Origin: a virus
Taxonomy: Duplodnaviria; Caudoviricetes
Reading direction: 5' to 3' (one strand)
Virus record (IMG/VR): IMGVR_UViG_3300037584_004704
Span: 1 to 55,463 of that record
Length of the DNA stretch: 55,463 nucleotides
Below the pieces are notes generated by a model. The model saw only the letters and a list, made by a program, of their open reading frames with translations. It did no database searches and was not told the DNA's origin. The first letter of the stretch is position 1; each line of letters opens with the position of its first letter. This document shows, piece after piece, positions 19,473-27,910 of the stretch. Made by a program: the position numbers and the translations under genes.

Positions 19473-19942
19473 GTAAAAATTTTTCTGTTATTCCCATGAC
19501 ACTAAAAGAGTCAAACGAGTTTGTAGATAAATATCATTCTCATAATAAAAAAGTGCAGGGTTATAAATTTGCCATTGGTGCTGTTTATCGAGATAAACTA
19601 GTTGGTGTTGCTATTTGTGGTCGACCTATTTCTGCGACACTAGACGATAAAAAAACAATAGAATTGTTACGTTCATGTGTTTTAAATGGCGCTCCAAAAA
19701 ATACTAATAGTTTTTTGTATGGTCGATCTTGGAGAGTAGCAGAAGCAATGGGCTATGAGAAAATGATAACTTACACTTTGATCAGAGAACAAGCTAGTGC
19801 GTGTAAAGCAATAGGTATGAAAGTTGTAGGACAAACAAAGGACTCTACAAAAGCATGGAAAAGCAAAGAAAAAAAAGATGGTATAATAAGAAAAACACAA
19901 AAAATTTATAAAGAACTAAAATACAGGTGGGAAATAATTTAA
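19469..19942 (+). CDS. Mom-like (XF1762-type) DNA-modification GNAT-fold protein
   Basis: ESNEFVDKYH, LVGVAICGRP, SFLYGRSWRVAEAMGY and ITYTL pattern. Confidence 0.65.
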   Translation: MSKNFSVIPMTLKESNEFVDKYHSHNKKVQGYKFAIGAVYRDKLVGVAICGRPISATLDDKKTIELLRSCVLNGAPKNTNSFLYGRSWRVAEAMGYEKMITYTLIREQASACKAIGMKVVGQTKDSTKAWKSKEKKDGIIRKTQKIYKELKYRWEII

Positions 19943-20137
19943 ATGAGAATAATGTATCAAGATAAAAAATTATATGTTTCTTTAACAGATGAAGAAGTTG
20001 ATAAGTTTCACAAAGAAAAACACTCACCTGTAGAAATACCTATAGGTTTTTTAACAACTCTACACCAAGACATCAACAGAGCAATGGAACAATCTCATAG
20101 AGATATTTTAGAAGAGCAATATTTTGGTAAGAAATAA
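19943..20137 (+). CDS. Hypothetical protein
   Basis: ORF track; fills the operon gap. Confidence 0.5.
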   Translation: MRIMYQDKKLYVSLTDEEVDKFHKEKHSPVEIPIGFLTTLHQDINRAMEQSHRDILEEQYFGKK

Positions 20138-21986
20138 TCTACAGATTCCAATGTTTTCTCCACAGACGGAGTGGACTCCTCCGGATGAGTTAAAAGATTT
20201 ATCGCAAGCAAAACAAATAGCGATTGATTTAGAAACAAGAGATCCAAATCTAACTACAATTGGTTCTGGTAGTGTTAGAGACGACGGAGAGATTGTAGGT
20301 ATTGCTGTAGCCATTGAAGGTTGGTCTGGATATTTTCCTATTGCTCATGAGGGTGGTGGTAATATTGACAAGAAGATTGTACTGAATTGGTTTAAAGATG
20401 TTTTGAAAACTCCAGCTACAAAAATATTTCACAACGCTATGTATGATGTGTCCTGGATAAGAGCATTAGGTTTTAAAATAGAAGGACGTATTGTTGATAC
20501 AATGATAGCAGGATCTTTAGTCAACGAGAATAGACTGAGATATAATTTGAACTCCCTAGCTAGAGAATATGTAGGCATGGGTAAGAATGAAAAAATATTA
20601 TATGAAGCTGCAAAAGAATGGGGTGTCAATCCTAAAAAAGAAATGTGGAGACTACCTGCTATGCATGTTGGTGAGTATGCAGAACAGGACGCCGTAGCAA
20701 CACTGAAACTATGGGAGAGATTACAACAAGAGATTACAGCTCAAGACTTATGGGATATTTTTAATGTAGAAACGGATTTGTTTCCTTGTCTTGTAGACAT
20801 GAAATTCAAAGGTGTACGTGTAGACTTGGAGAAGGCACACAAAATAAAAAAAGATTTAATTAAAGAAGAGAAACAATTTTTAAAAAAGATTAAAGACGCT
20901 ACAGGTCTTGATGTAGAAATATGGGCAGCAGCCTCTATCTCCAAAGTATTTGATAAACTTAAATTACCTTATGACAGAACAACAACAGGAGCCCCTAGCT
21001 TTACTAAAAATTTTTTATCACAACATCCTAATGAGATTGCGCAGGCAATAGCTCAGTCAAGAGAAATAAACAAAGCGCATACAACTTTTATTGATACTAT
21101 TTTAGAACATGAGCATAAAGGAAGAATTCACGCAGACATCAATCAAATACGATCTGATGACGGTGGAACAGTAACGGGCCGATTTTCTTATTCTAATCCG
21201 AATCTTCAGCAAATCCCCGCTCGAAGCAAGAAGATTGGTCCGTTAATTCGAAGTCTCTTTTTACCAGAACAGGATTGTGTTTGGGGTACATTTGATTACT
21301 CACAACAAGAACCAAGACTCGTTGTACATTACGCAGCTCTATCACAGTTGCAGGGTGTATCGCGGATCGTGGATGAATACAATCAAGGAGACGCAGACTT
21401 TCACCAAGCGGTAGCAGAGATGGCAGACATTGATAGAAAAGATGCCAAGACAATTAATTTAGGTTTGATGTATGGCATGGGTAAAAATAAACTCATGGCT
21501 GAACTAGGATTACTAGTCGAGCAAGCTGAAAAACTTTTGAAGAAGTATCATGAGAGAGCTCCCTTTGTGAAACAACTCATCGATGCTGTATCACGTAGGG
21601 CCCAGGAACGTGGACGTATCAGAACCATTGGTGGTCGCATTTGTCATTTTGATTTATGGGAACCGGCTAGCTTTGGTATACATAAACCGTTGCCTCATGC
21701 CGATGCTTTAGCTGAACATGGACCGGGGATCAAGAGAGCTTTCACTTACAAAGCTTTGAACAGATTGATACAAGGCAGTGCTGCTGATATGACAAAGATT
21801 TCTATGGTTAATTTATACAAAGAGGGCATTGTACCACACATACAAATACACGATGAATTGGACGTTTCTGTAGAAGATCCTAAACAAGCAGAAAAAATTA
21901 TTGAGGTTATGGAGCAAGCTGTTAAATTAGAAGTTCCAAATAAAGTAGATTATGAAAAAGGAGCCAATTGGGGAGAGATTAAATGA
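20124..21986 (+). CDS. polA: DNA polymerase family A (3'-5' exonuclease plus polymerase)
   Basis: DLET, HNAMYD, TGRFS...PNLQQIP, DYSQQEPR, KTINLGLMYG and QIHDEL motifs. Confidence 0.95.
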   Translation: MVRNNLQIPMFSPQTEWTPPDELKDLSQAKQIAIDLETRDPNLTTIGSGSVRDDGEIVGIAVAIEGWSGYFPIAHEGGGNIDKKIVLNWFKDVLKTPATKIFHNAMYDVSWIRALGFKIEGRIVDTMIAGSLVNENRLRYNLNSLAREYVGMGKNEKILYEAAKEWGVNPKKEMWRLPAMHVGEYAEQDAVATLKLWERLQQEITAQDLWDIFNVETDLFPCLVDMKFKGVRVDLEKAHKIKKDLIKEEKQFLKKIKDATGLDVEIWAAASISKVFDKLKLPYDRTTTGAPSFTKNFLSQHPNEIAQAIAQSREINKAHTTFIDTILEHEHKGRIHADINQIRSDDGGTVTGRFSYSNPNLQQIPARSKKIGPLIRSLFLPEQDCVWGTFDYSQQEPRLVVHYAALSQLQGVSRIVDEYNQGDADFHQAVAEMADIDRKDAKTINLGLMYGMGKNKLMAELGLLVEQAEKLLKKYHERAPFVKQLIDAVSRRAQERGRIRTIGGRICHFDLWEPASFGIHKPLPHADALAEHGPGIKRAFTYKALNRLIQGSAADMTKISMVNLYKEGIVPHIQIHDELDVSVEDPKQAEKIIEVMEQAVKLEVPNKVDYEKGANWGEIK

Positions 21987-22621
21987 GTTTTCTAGTAGCA
22001 AACGTACCACCCACTAAAGTATTTGTTAAGAAACAATATCTCTATGACTTACAAAAAGGTCATGGTGAATTTGTAGAGGGTGTTTGGGTGACATGTAAAT
22101 CAATAGAAGGTAGAGCTTTATATTTTGAAACGTATCTACCGGAGTATGGAGCGCTGTATGACAAGCTTCCTATTTCTGCTTTTGTGTCAGAACCCACTGA
22201 CTTAGATTTACCTCTAGAAGAATTAGAATTGTGGGATGCTTTTAGTTATCACATGACTGTGATTACAAAATCAAGCATCGCGGGTTGTAAGGCTAAATAC
22301 TTAGCACCATCGAAATCCTGGTATACAGGTGAATATTTATTTACAGTTGATAATTGTCATTCTGATGTCAACACAATGAATAGTGGATACTCAGAAATGC
22401 CAGAAGAACATAAATCATTTAACATATTAGGATTAGACAATAAACATTTTGCAGCTCAACCAAATAATCGTTGTTTGTTTTTTGATAAATCACTCACTCC
22501 TGCAGAATTGAAAGTGCCGGATTTTAAAGTATCTACGGTAGAATACAATGTAGAAACAGAGAGTAAGTGGACCGCTGGAGACGACACTAACTATTTTTAT
22601 AATCTGAAAGAGAACAAATAA
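21983..22621 (+). CDS. Conserved marine-phage hypothetical protein
   Basis: ORF track; LYDKLPISAF and AAQPNNR motifs. Confidence 0.65.
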   Translation: MSFLVANVPPTKVFVKKQYLYDLQKGHGEFVEGVWVTCKSIEGRALYFETYLPEYGALYDKLPISAFVSEPTDLDLPLEELELWDAFSYHMTVITKSSIAGCKAKYLAPSKSWYTGEYLFTVDNCHSDVNTMNSGYSEMPEEHKSFNILGLDNKHFAAQPNNRCLFFDKSLTPAELKVPDFKVSTVEYNVETESKWTAGDDTNYFYNLKENK

Positions 22622-22824
22622 TGAGAGAAGAATTATACCTACGTCAATTAAAAGTTTTACATCGCGTTGTTAAAAACGTGAGAAAAAAATATCAAGGAGA
22701 TGCTAGCAGAACTATTAAACCTGTTATAGATGATCTTAATAGAATAGCCCTAGAGATACATACTTTACAACAAGATATGGAAGTTAATCTAGATAAGAAT
22801 GATAGGTGTCAGTGTGGTGAGTAA
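22621..22824 (+). CDS. Hypothetical protein
   Basis: ORF track. Confidence 0.5.
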   Translation: MREELYLRQLKVLHRVVKNVRKKYQGDASRTIKPVIDDLNRIALEIHTLQQDMEVNLDKNDRCQCGE

Positions 22825-22885
22825 GAGGGCCCGCCCTATCGAATGATAGGACGAGCAACAAAAAGTGAAGAAGATTCTTCATTTT
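22825..22885 (-). ncRNA. Candidate small RNA
   Basis: Minus-strand TTGACA (22909-22904); 12-bp hairpin at 22829-22856 that pairs fully only on the minus strand (G-U pairs). Confidence 0.4.
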
Positions 22886-22965
22886 TGCTTAAATTTTTTT
22901 CTTTGTCAACACTCGATTTTGTAGTATATTATCCCATATATTAATAAATAGAAAGAAGGTACAAG

Positions 22966-23157
22966 ATGTACGTAATAGACAAAAAGTTGGAGCGAGTAGC
23001 AGAAATGAAAGGCAAGGTTCTTGCTGAGTTTTTAAACGTCGTGGTTAAACATGAGATTGGTGATTTTAGTTTTGCCAATACAGAACAAGAAGCAGGCAAT
23101 ATGATTTTATCATTAATGAAGGAGAAAAAGAATGTCAAAAACAAACGAGTATTATAG
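22966..23157 (+). CDS. Hypothetical protein
   Basis: ORF track; upstream promoter region contains ATCCCATA. Confidence 0.5.
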   Translation: MYVIDKKLERVAEMKGKVLAEFLNVVVKHEIGDFSFANTEQEAGNMILSLMKEKKNVKNKRVL

Positions 23158-23198
23158 ATTATTATTAGAAGAAGAGCAGATGCAACAGGAGGAAGAAA

Positions 23199-23360
23199 AT
23201 GCCTGATACACAAAAATATAAATCGGTATCTGTGCCGAATGCTACTTACAAGATGTTAGTAGATTTGAGCAAAGAAATATTTGAAGCGCCGTTGACGATA
23301 TCAAAGACAATAGAATATTTAGCGAGGAAAGAAGCTAAAAAGAAGAATGGCAAAAGCTAA
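23199..23360 (+). CDS. Ribbon-helix-helix DNA-binding protein (53 aa)
   Basis: AGGAGG RBS; MPDTQKYKSVSVPNATYKMLVDLSKEIFEAPLTISKTIEYLA has an RHH-like strand-helix-helix pattern; too short for the ORF track. Confidence 0.6.
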   Translation: MPDTQKYKSVSVPNATYKMLVDLSKEIFEAPLTISKTIEYLARKEAKKKNGKS

Positions 23361-23538
23361 GTTTAAATGTAGTGAATGCCAAGGACTAGGCTACATAGAA
23401 ACAAGAAGGAATAAGAACGAGAGCGTTGTATTAAAATGCTCTCGTTGTAATGGGAAAGGATACATTAAAGTTGAACGACCTGTATTACATGAGAGTATCG
23501 TTGGCGATGATTACCGCCTTACTTATCATAAGGATTGA
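23347..23538 (+). CDS. DnaJ-type zinc-finger small protein
   Basis: CSECQGLG and CSRCNGKG. Confidence 0.65.
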   Translation: MAKAKFKCSECQGLGYIETRRNKNESVVLKCSRCNGKGYIKVERPVLHESIVGDDYRLTYHKD

Positions 23539-23541
23539 AGT

Positions 23542-23844
23542 GTGGCCACTAACTTAAAATCTATCAAAGGTATCACTTCAGAGCTGATAGCTGCTGCTGA
23601 GTATACTAAGAATGGATTTTATGTTTCTTTATCATTAGATCCTTTATGTCCTTTTGATCTTGTAGTGACTGATGACAAAGGTAATAGTTTTTTAGTTGAC
23701 GTTAAAACAGAAAGCACACGTAAAACAAAATCTGGAACACATGATGAGGGTGGACGTATCTATCGTGCGTTAACAGATGAACAAAAAGAAATGGGAGTAC
23801 GCCTCCGGTATATTCCCTGGAAGGATATTGATGAAGAAGATTAA
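23542..23844 (+). CDS. PD-(D/E)XK nuclease-like protein
   Basis: SELIA...PFDLV...VDVK. Confidence 0.55.
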   Translation: MATNLKSIKGITSELIAAAEYTKNGFYVSLSLDPLCPFDLVVTDDKGNSFLVDVKTESTRKTKSGTHDEGGRIYRALTDEQKEMGVRLRYIPWKDIDEED

Positions 23845-24505
23845 TGAATTTTACTACCCGACGTCGTTTATTCGAAGCGATACAGAAGGTAAGGGTAGGA
23901 CTTATGATATTAAGGACCAGGTGGCTTTGGCTAGTGTCACGACCATACTTGGTGAGACAAAAGACAAATCGTTTTTGAAAGAATGGCGAAAAAGAGTTGG
24001 CGAGGAAAAGGCCAAGAAGATTGTATCGGACGCCGCGAAACGTGGAACGTCGATGCACAATATCATTGAAGGTTGGATTAGTGGTCAAGAGCACTTAGAT
24101 TTGACTCCTATTGGTCAGAATGCTCATAGCATGGCAACACAGGTAATAAAAAACGGTTTAAAGGACCGTCTAGAGGGGTATTACGGTATCGAGGCCCTGA
24201 TGTATTACCCTGGATTGTACGCCGGTAGTGCAGATTTGATAGCTAAGCATGATGGTGAGATCACTGTCATTGACTTCAAACAGACGAATAAACCCAAACG
24301 TGAAGAGTGGATCGAGGATTATTTTTTGCAGCTATCCGCTTATGCCATGGCACATGATCACATTTATGGCACCACCATTGACAAAGCAATGATCATGATG
24401 TGTAGTGTAGATAATTATTACCAAGAATGGATTATTTCTGGTTCTCAATTAAAACATTATAAGCATGAGTTTTTACGTCGTGTTGATCAATTTTACGGGA
24501 GATGA
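23831..24505 (+). CDS. PD-(D/E)XK exonuclease
   Basis: SVTTIL, RGTSMH, AGSADL, IDFKQ and QLSAYA motifs. Confidence 0.8.
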   Translation: MKKINEFYYPTSFIRSDTEGKGRTYDIKDQVALASVTTILGETKDKSFLKEWRKRVGEEKAKKIVSDAAKRGTSMHNIIEGWISGQEHLDLTPIGQNAHSMATQVIKNGLKDRLEGYYGIEALMYYPGLYAGSADLIAKHDGEITVIDFKQTNKPKREEWIEDYFLQLSAYAMAHDHIYGTTIDKAMIMMCSVDNYYQEWIISGSQLKHYKHEFLRRVDQFYGR

Positions 24506-24508
24506 TGA

Positions 24509-24715
24509 TTGTTAAAATTTTTTTTAGTAGGGTGGATTTGCTTAGGTCAAGGAGTTGAACAGAAGTGTGTACGTATGGCTTCTTCTGTTGTTCACGATAG
24601 CTATGAGAGCTGTAATGACTATTTCAACGTGGTTCGTGAAGAGATGTCCGATGTTGAGGACTTAAAATTACAATTTACCTGTGTTCAGGCCGGACTATTA
24701 GAAGATTTTTATTAA
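24509..24715 (+). CDS. Hypothetical protein
   Basis: ORF track. Confidence 0.5.
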   Translation: MLKFFLVGWICLGQGVEQKCVRMASSVVHDSYESCNDYFNVVREEMSDVEDLKLQFTCVQAGLLEDFY

Positions 24716-24723
24716 TTTTTTAT

Positions 24724-24850
24724 TTGACTTTATGGGATATTAAACTAATCTCAACAGTGACTAAGAGACTTGCTGAAAAGCAAAACTTATGGAGGTACTA
24801 TATCATAGTATCACCCCAAAAAAGGGAGGATTAAAACACTCCCTTTTTTT
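24724..24850 (+). ncRNA. Self-contained short transcription unit (small RNA or leaderless 25-aa ORF)
   Basis: TTGACT-16nt-TAATCT promoter, two internal hairpins, and an intrinsic terminator AAAAAAGGGAG...CTCCCTTTTTTT. Confidence 0.45.
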
Positions 24851-24931
24851 AATTTGCATAGCTGTTGTCTTGAAATAACAGTTCTTTTTTCTTTATTCTT
24901 GTTTAAAAACTTTTCATGAAAGGAAATAGAT

Positions 24932-25099
24932 ATGGACAAGATACTAAAAACACTAAGTAATTTTTTCACTTTAGAGCATGACTCAGATAAAGCTATCAGA
25001 CATTGGTTGCAGGCGGAATATAAGCATGACTGGCAAGCAGCTTATGCGCAGTTCAAGCAAAGCGGAACGCTGCCCGATTTCCACCGCCGTACCCTATAA
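24932..25099 (+). CDS. Small protein (55 aa)
   Basis: AAGGA RBS; MDKILKTLSNFF...AEYKHDWQAAY; too short for the ORF track. Confidence 0.6.
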   Translation: MDKILKTLSNFFTLEHDSDKAIRHWLQAEYKHDWQAAYAQFKQSGTLPDFHRRTL

Positions 25100-25118
25100 G
25101 GGGAGATTTGGGTAAAAG

Positions 25119-25245
25119 TTTTTTTAAAAAAAAAAATATGGTCGCAACCCCCGGTAGTGGTGGTAGAGTAAGAAAACACTATATATTTCAACAATAATAG
25201 CACGATTTTGGTCTACCACGGCCGTGGTAGACGTGGTAGAGTAGA
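25119..25245. other. Candidate replication origin
   Basis: T/A tract, perfect 22-bp palindrome at 25211-25232, and four GTGGTAGA iterons in intergenic DNA. Confidence 0.4.
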
Positions 25246-25360
25246 TTTTCAAAAGTCTATATTTATCAAGCTTTTTCAATCTCCTAGCTTGGCGCGAAGA
25301 GGTTTTTTGTTTTTCTATTTTGAAATTTGATTTACCTAAATTCTCCCTTATAGTGAGATC

Positions 25361-25615
25361 ATGTTTAGAAAATTCCCTTGGAAAAAATACAGAGTTCAGT
25401 GGTTGGATATATCTGGGGAAACAGGTTGGGGTTCTGAAGAAACTACAAGAAAAATGGAACCACAGGTAGCTACAACAGAAGGATATCTTTTTTATGAAGA
25501 CAACGATAGAGTTATTACTTTTGCAACATACTATTACAACGAGGAGGAAGGATATACTTTTGGAGATAGAAATGTATTTCCTAGAGGCTGTATTAAAAGC
25601 ATAAAGAGGGCCTAG
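25361..25615 (+). CDS. Hypothetical protein
   Basis: ORF track. Confidence 0.55.
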   Translation: MFRKFPWKKYRVQWLDISGETGWGSEETTRKMEPQVATTEGYLFYEDNDRVITFATYYYNEEEGYTFGDRNVFPRGCIKSIKRA

Positions 25616-26370
25616 AGGCCCTCTATTCGTCTTATACAATCTGCAATCAAATAAGGTATTTGTGGTACAACAGAGTTTCCTAAAGATTTAAGTCTGTCCA
25701 TTGTGTTGGGTATCCCATGAGCCACTCTACCCACGTCGGGTTCAATTTCCCACCTGGAGCTGACTCCTGATAAGCCATTTCCGTTTCCAAATATTTTTTG
25801 TGTCTCAATTTTGCCATGTTCTCTGTCAGTCTCATATTCATTCCTATTGCAGCTCTTGGAGTTGGCCAAAATCCAGACTCTTTCTCTTTTGTGGTTGGCA
25901 CCGATGCTAGAAGCTGAAATACTAAACGTCCTTGTGGAGTAACCTTCACTCTCCAAGTCCGAGAGTACGGAGTCGAGACCGAGTTTAATGTGTCCACCAA
26001 CATTTTCTCCAATAACCCAAGTTGGTCGGAGTTCTTTGATAAGTCTAAAATACTCAGGCCAGACATGTCTCGGATCTTCTTCACCTTTTTTTCTACCTGC
26101 GACGGAGAAAGGTTGACAAGGGTATCCCCCTGTGATGATGTCGATTTTATTAATTCCATTTGTTTTGAGTTTTTCATAAGTCAGCTCCTTTACGTCTGAG
26201 AAGATTGGCACTTTAGGCCAATGTTTTTTTAAAACCTCTTGACAAAAATTATCTGTGTCACAAAAGGCTACAGTTTTTGCAAGTCCGGCAGACTCCAATC
26301 CTAAAGAGAAGCCACCGATACCACTGAATAAATCAAGATGTTGAAGTTTCTTCCTCTGTTTCATTTTCAT
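25612..26370 (-). CDS. dcm: DNA (cytosine-5) methyltransferase, alpha subunit
   Basis: Motifs I FSGIGG, IV GYPCQPFS, VI ENV, VIII HKRERVW and X LGNSV; motif IX and the TRD are absent. Confidence 0.9.
   Translation of the reverse strand: MKMKQRKKLQHLDLFSGIGGFSLGLESAGLAKTVAFCDTDNFCQEVLKKHWPKVPIFSDVKELTYEKLKTNGINKIDIITGGYPCQPFSVAGRKKGEEDPRHVWPEYFRLIKELRPTWVIGENVGGHIKLGLDSVLSDLESEGYSTRTFSISASSIGANHKRERVWILANSKSCNRNEYETDREHGKIETQKIFGNGNGLSGVSSRWEIEPDVGRVAHGIPNTMDRLKSLGNSVVPQIPYLIADCIRRIEGL
25680..26177 (-). CDS. Nested alternative-frame C5-MTase beta subunit (motif IX)
   Basis: Same strand, different frame; carries WPTP and LNPTWVEWLMGYPTQWT (motif IX-like). Confidence 0.7.
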   Translation of the reverse strand: MKNSKQMELIKSTSSQGDTLVNLSPSQVEKKVKKIRDMSGLSILDLSKNSDQLGLLEKMLVDTLNSVSTPYSRTWRVKVTPQGRLVFQLLASVPTTKEKESGFWPTPRAAIGMNMRLTENMAKLRHKKYLETEMAYQESAPGGKLNPTWVEWLMGYPTQWTDLNL

Positions 26371-26875
26371 TTACCTTTCTCATTTCTCTTGGATGTTTAA
26401 CTTTATCTTTTAAAGTTTCTACATCTTCATGTTCTAATAGAAGTTTATTTTCATCTATTATATGGGATAATCTAGCTTCTAATTCTTTTTCTGTCAAGTC
26501 TTCTAACTTACCATGTTTGATAATTTTTTGTTCTATATATAATCCAGCAGCCTTACCCCTAGCTACTTCTGCATTGATAGCTGCAGACCAGGCACCCTTT
26601 TCTCTAGCTTCTTCTCTTAGTTTTGCAAGTTCTGTAATATGTGAACCATAATCCACTTTATATTTTTCATTTAACTCACTTCTAATTTCATCAATATATT
26701 TAACAACCAAAGGAAATCGTCTAGGGTTACGTAATTCAGAAGCTCTTACATGAGCTGAACTTTCAGCATATCCTGCTTCAATCGCACATTCTGTTGGAGT
26801 TTTTCTACCCTGGTTTGTAACTAATAATGTAGCAAATTTCATTTGCTGTTCTGTCAATACTTTTGGTAATCCCAT
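26333..26875 (-). CDS. terS: Terminase small subunit
   Basis: LTEQQMKF...CAIEAGYAESSAHVRASEL HTH typical of TerS. Confidence 0.7.
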   Translation of the reverse strand: MGLPKVLTEQQMKFATLLVTNQGRKTPTECAIEAGYAESSAHVRASELRNPRRFPLVVKYIDEIRSELNEKYKVDYGSHITELAKLREEAREKGAWSAAINAEVARGKAAGLYIEQKIIKHGKLEDLTEKELEARLSHIIDENKLLLEHEDVETLKDKVKHPREMRKVNENETEEETSTS

Positions 26876-26933
26876 AACTTCTTATAGAAAATATATATTG
26901 TAAAAGCAAGTAAATTGTGTTACCGATTTACTT

Positions 26934-27021
26934 GAGGTGAGGGTATTGAATGTATTCTTTTTTCATAGAATCGTTATGTGTTCCTCCTGAATTACTAACT
27001 AGTCCTTTCGGCCCTCACTTC
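26934..27021 (+). ncRNA. Candidate small RNA with an anti-Shine-Dalgarno segment
   Basis: 5'/3' closing stem GAGGTGAGGG/CCCTCACTTC (G-U favours +); internal TTCCTCCT. Confidence 0.3.
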
Positions 27022-27051
27022 ACACTTGAAAGAAGAGGTATAAGATATAAT

Positions 27052-27252
27052 ATGAATACAATGAACTTTAAAAACAAAAAGGATGAAGAAGAGTTTAAGA
27101 AACAATTGCAAGAAGCAATGGAGATCCTTCAACAACAAGATGTACACTTCTTTAAATCAGAACACATTTTGCCAATACTACAATCTATGACACCAGAGCA
27201 GCTAGAAATATTTGAACACCTCACTGGTATAAATCGACAAACAATACATTAA
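27052..27252 (+). CDS. Hypothetical protein
   Basis: In-frame ATG 27052 within track ORF 26950..27252. Confidence 0.5.
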   Translation: MNTMNFKNKKDEEEFKKQLQEAMEILQQQDVHFFKSEHILPILQSMTPEQLEIFEHLTGINRQTIH

Positions 27253-27254
27253 GA

Positions 27255-27461
27255 ATGTCATCATATACAACCAAGGCTTTAATGCAGGTCTTAGAGAAGT
27301 TCTGTGAAAGTCCTGTCGGTAGTCATGCAAGAGTTCAAATGGTATTACCACAGGGTAGAAATCCTCTACAAAGAGAGTTCAACATCAAAGAAATTAAGTT
27401 AGTTGAGAACCAACTTATAGGTGCAAAAGAAAAATATCGCATGCTAATCTTAGTGGAGTAA
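27255..27461 (+). CDS. Hypothetical protein
   Basis: ORF track. Confidence 0.55.
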   Translation: MSSYTTKALMQVLEKFCESPVGSHARVQMVLPQGRNPLQREFNIKEIKLVENQLIGAKEKYRMLILVE

Positions 27462-27466
27462 TTACT

Positions 27467-27844
27467 TTGAAACCGGAGTCAGCCTTTTGGCTAGAAACGA
27501 AAGAAAAACTTAACGGATTTTCCCTTATAAGGCTAGAAAGTTGGGCATCTGCAGGGATACCTGACATACTTGGTTACAGTGATAATCGTGGATTTTTCAC
27601 CATAGAGTTAAAAGTAACAACTAGTAAAAAAATACGCTTCTCACCCCACCAAATAGCGTTTCATTTTAAGCACCCCAAAGATAGTTATATCTTAGTCAAG
27701 ACCCACGCTCCACGATCAGTGAAACTTTATCCAGGGTCCGCAATCAAAGAGCTTGTGAATTTTGGGCCCACCCACCCACCATTAGCGGAAGGTTGGGACG
27801 CTTGTCGCTTGCAGCTTGTGGGCCCACCCGCCCGTGGCTTGTGA
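27467..27844 (+). CDS. VRR-NUC / Holliday junction resolvase-like nuclease
   Basis: ES..W, GIPD, IELK and SPHQIAFH motifs. Confidence 0.75.
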   Translation: MKPESAFWLETKEKLNGFSLIRLESWASAGIPDILGYSDNRGFFTIELKVTTSKKIRFSPHQIAFHFKHPKDSYILVKTHAPRSVKLYPGSAIKELVNFGPTHPPLAEGWDACRLQLVGPPARGL

Positions 27845-27910
27845 GCTTGCGGATTTTTAGATTATGAGATTTTTCCAGGTCCGGATGGACCTGGTCAGAA
27901 AAAAGCTGCC

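Noticed and set aside
25124-25639. 171-aa minus-strand ORF
   Set aside because: Antisense to 25361..25615 and crosses the palindrome region; composition is not protein-like
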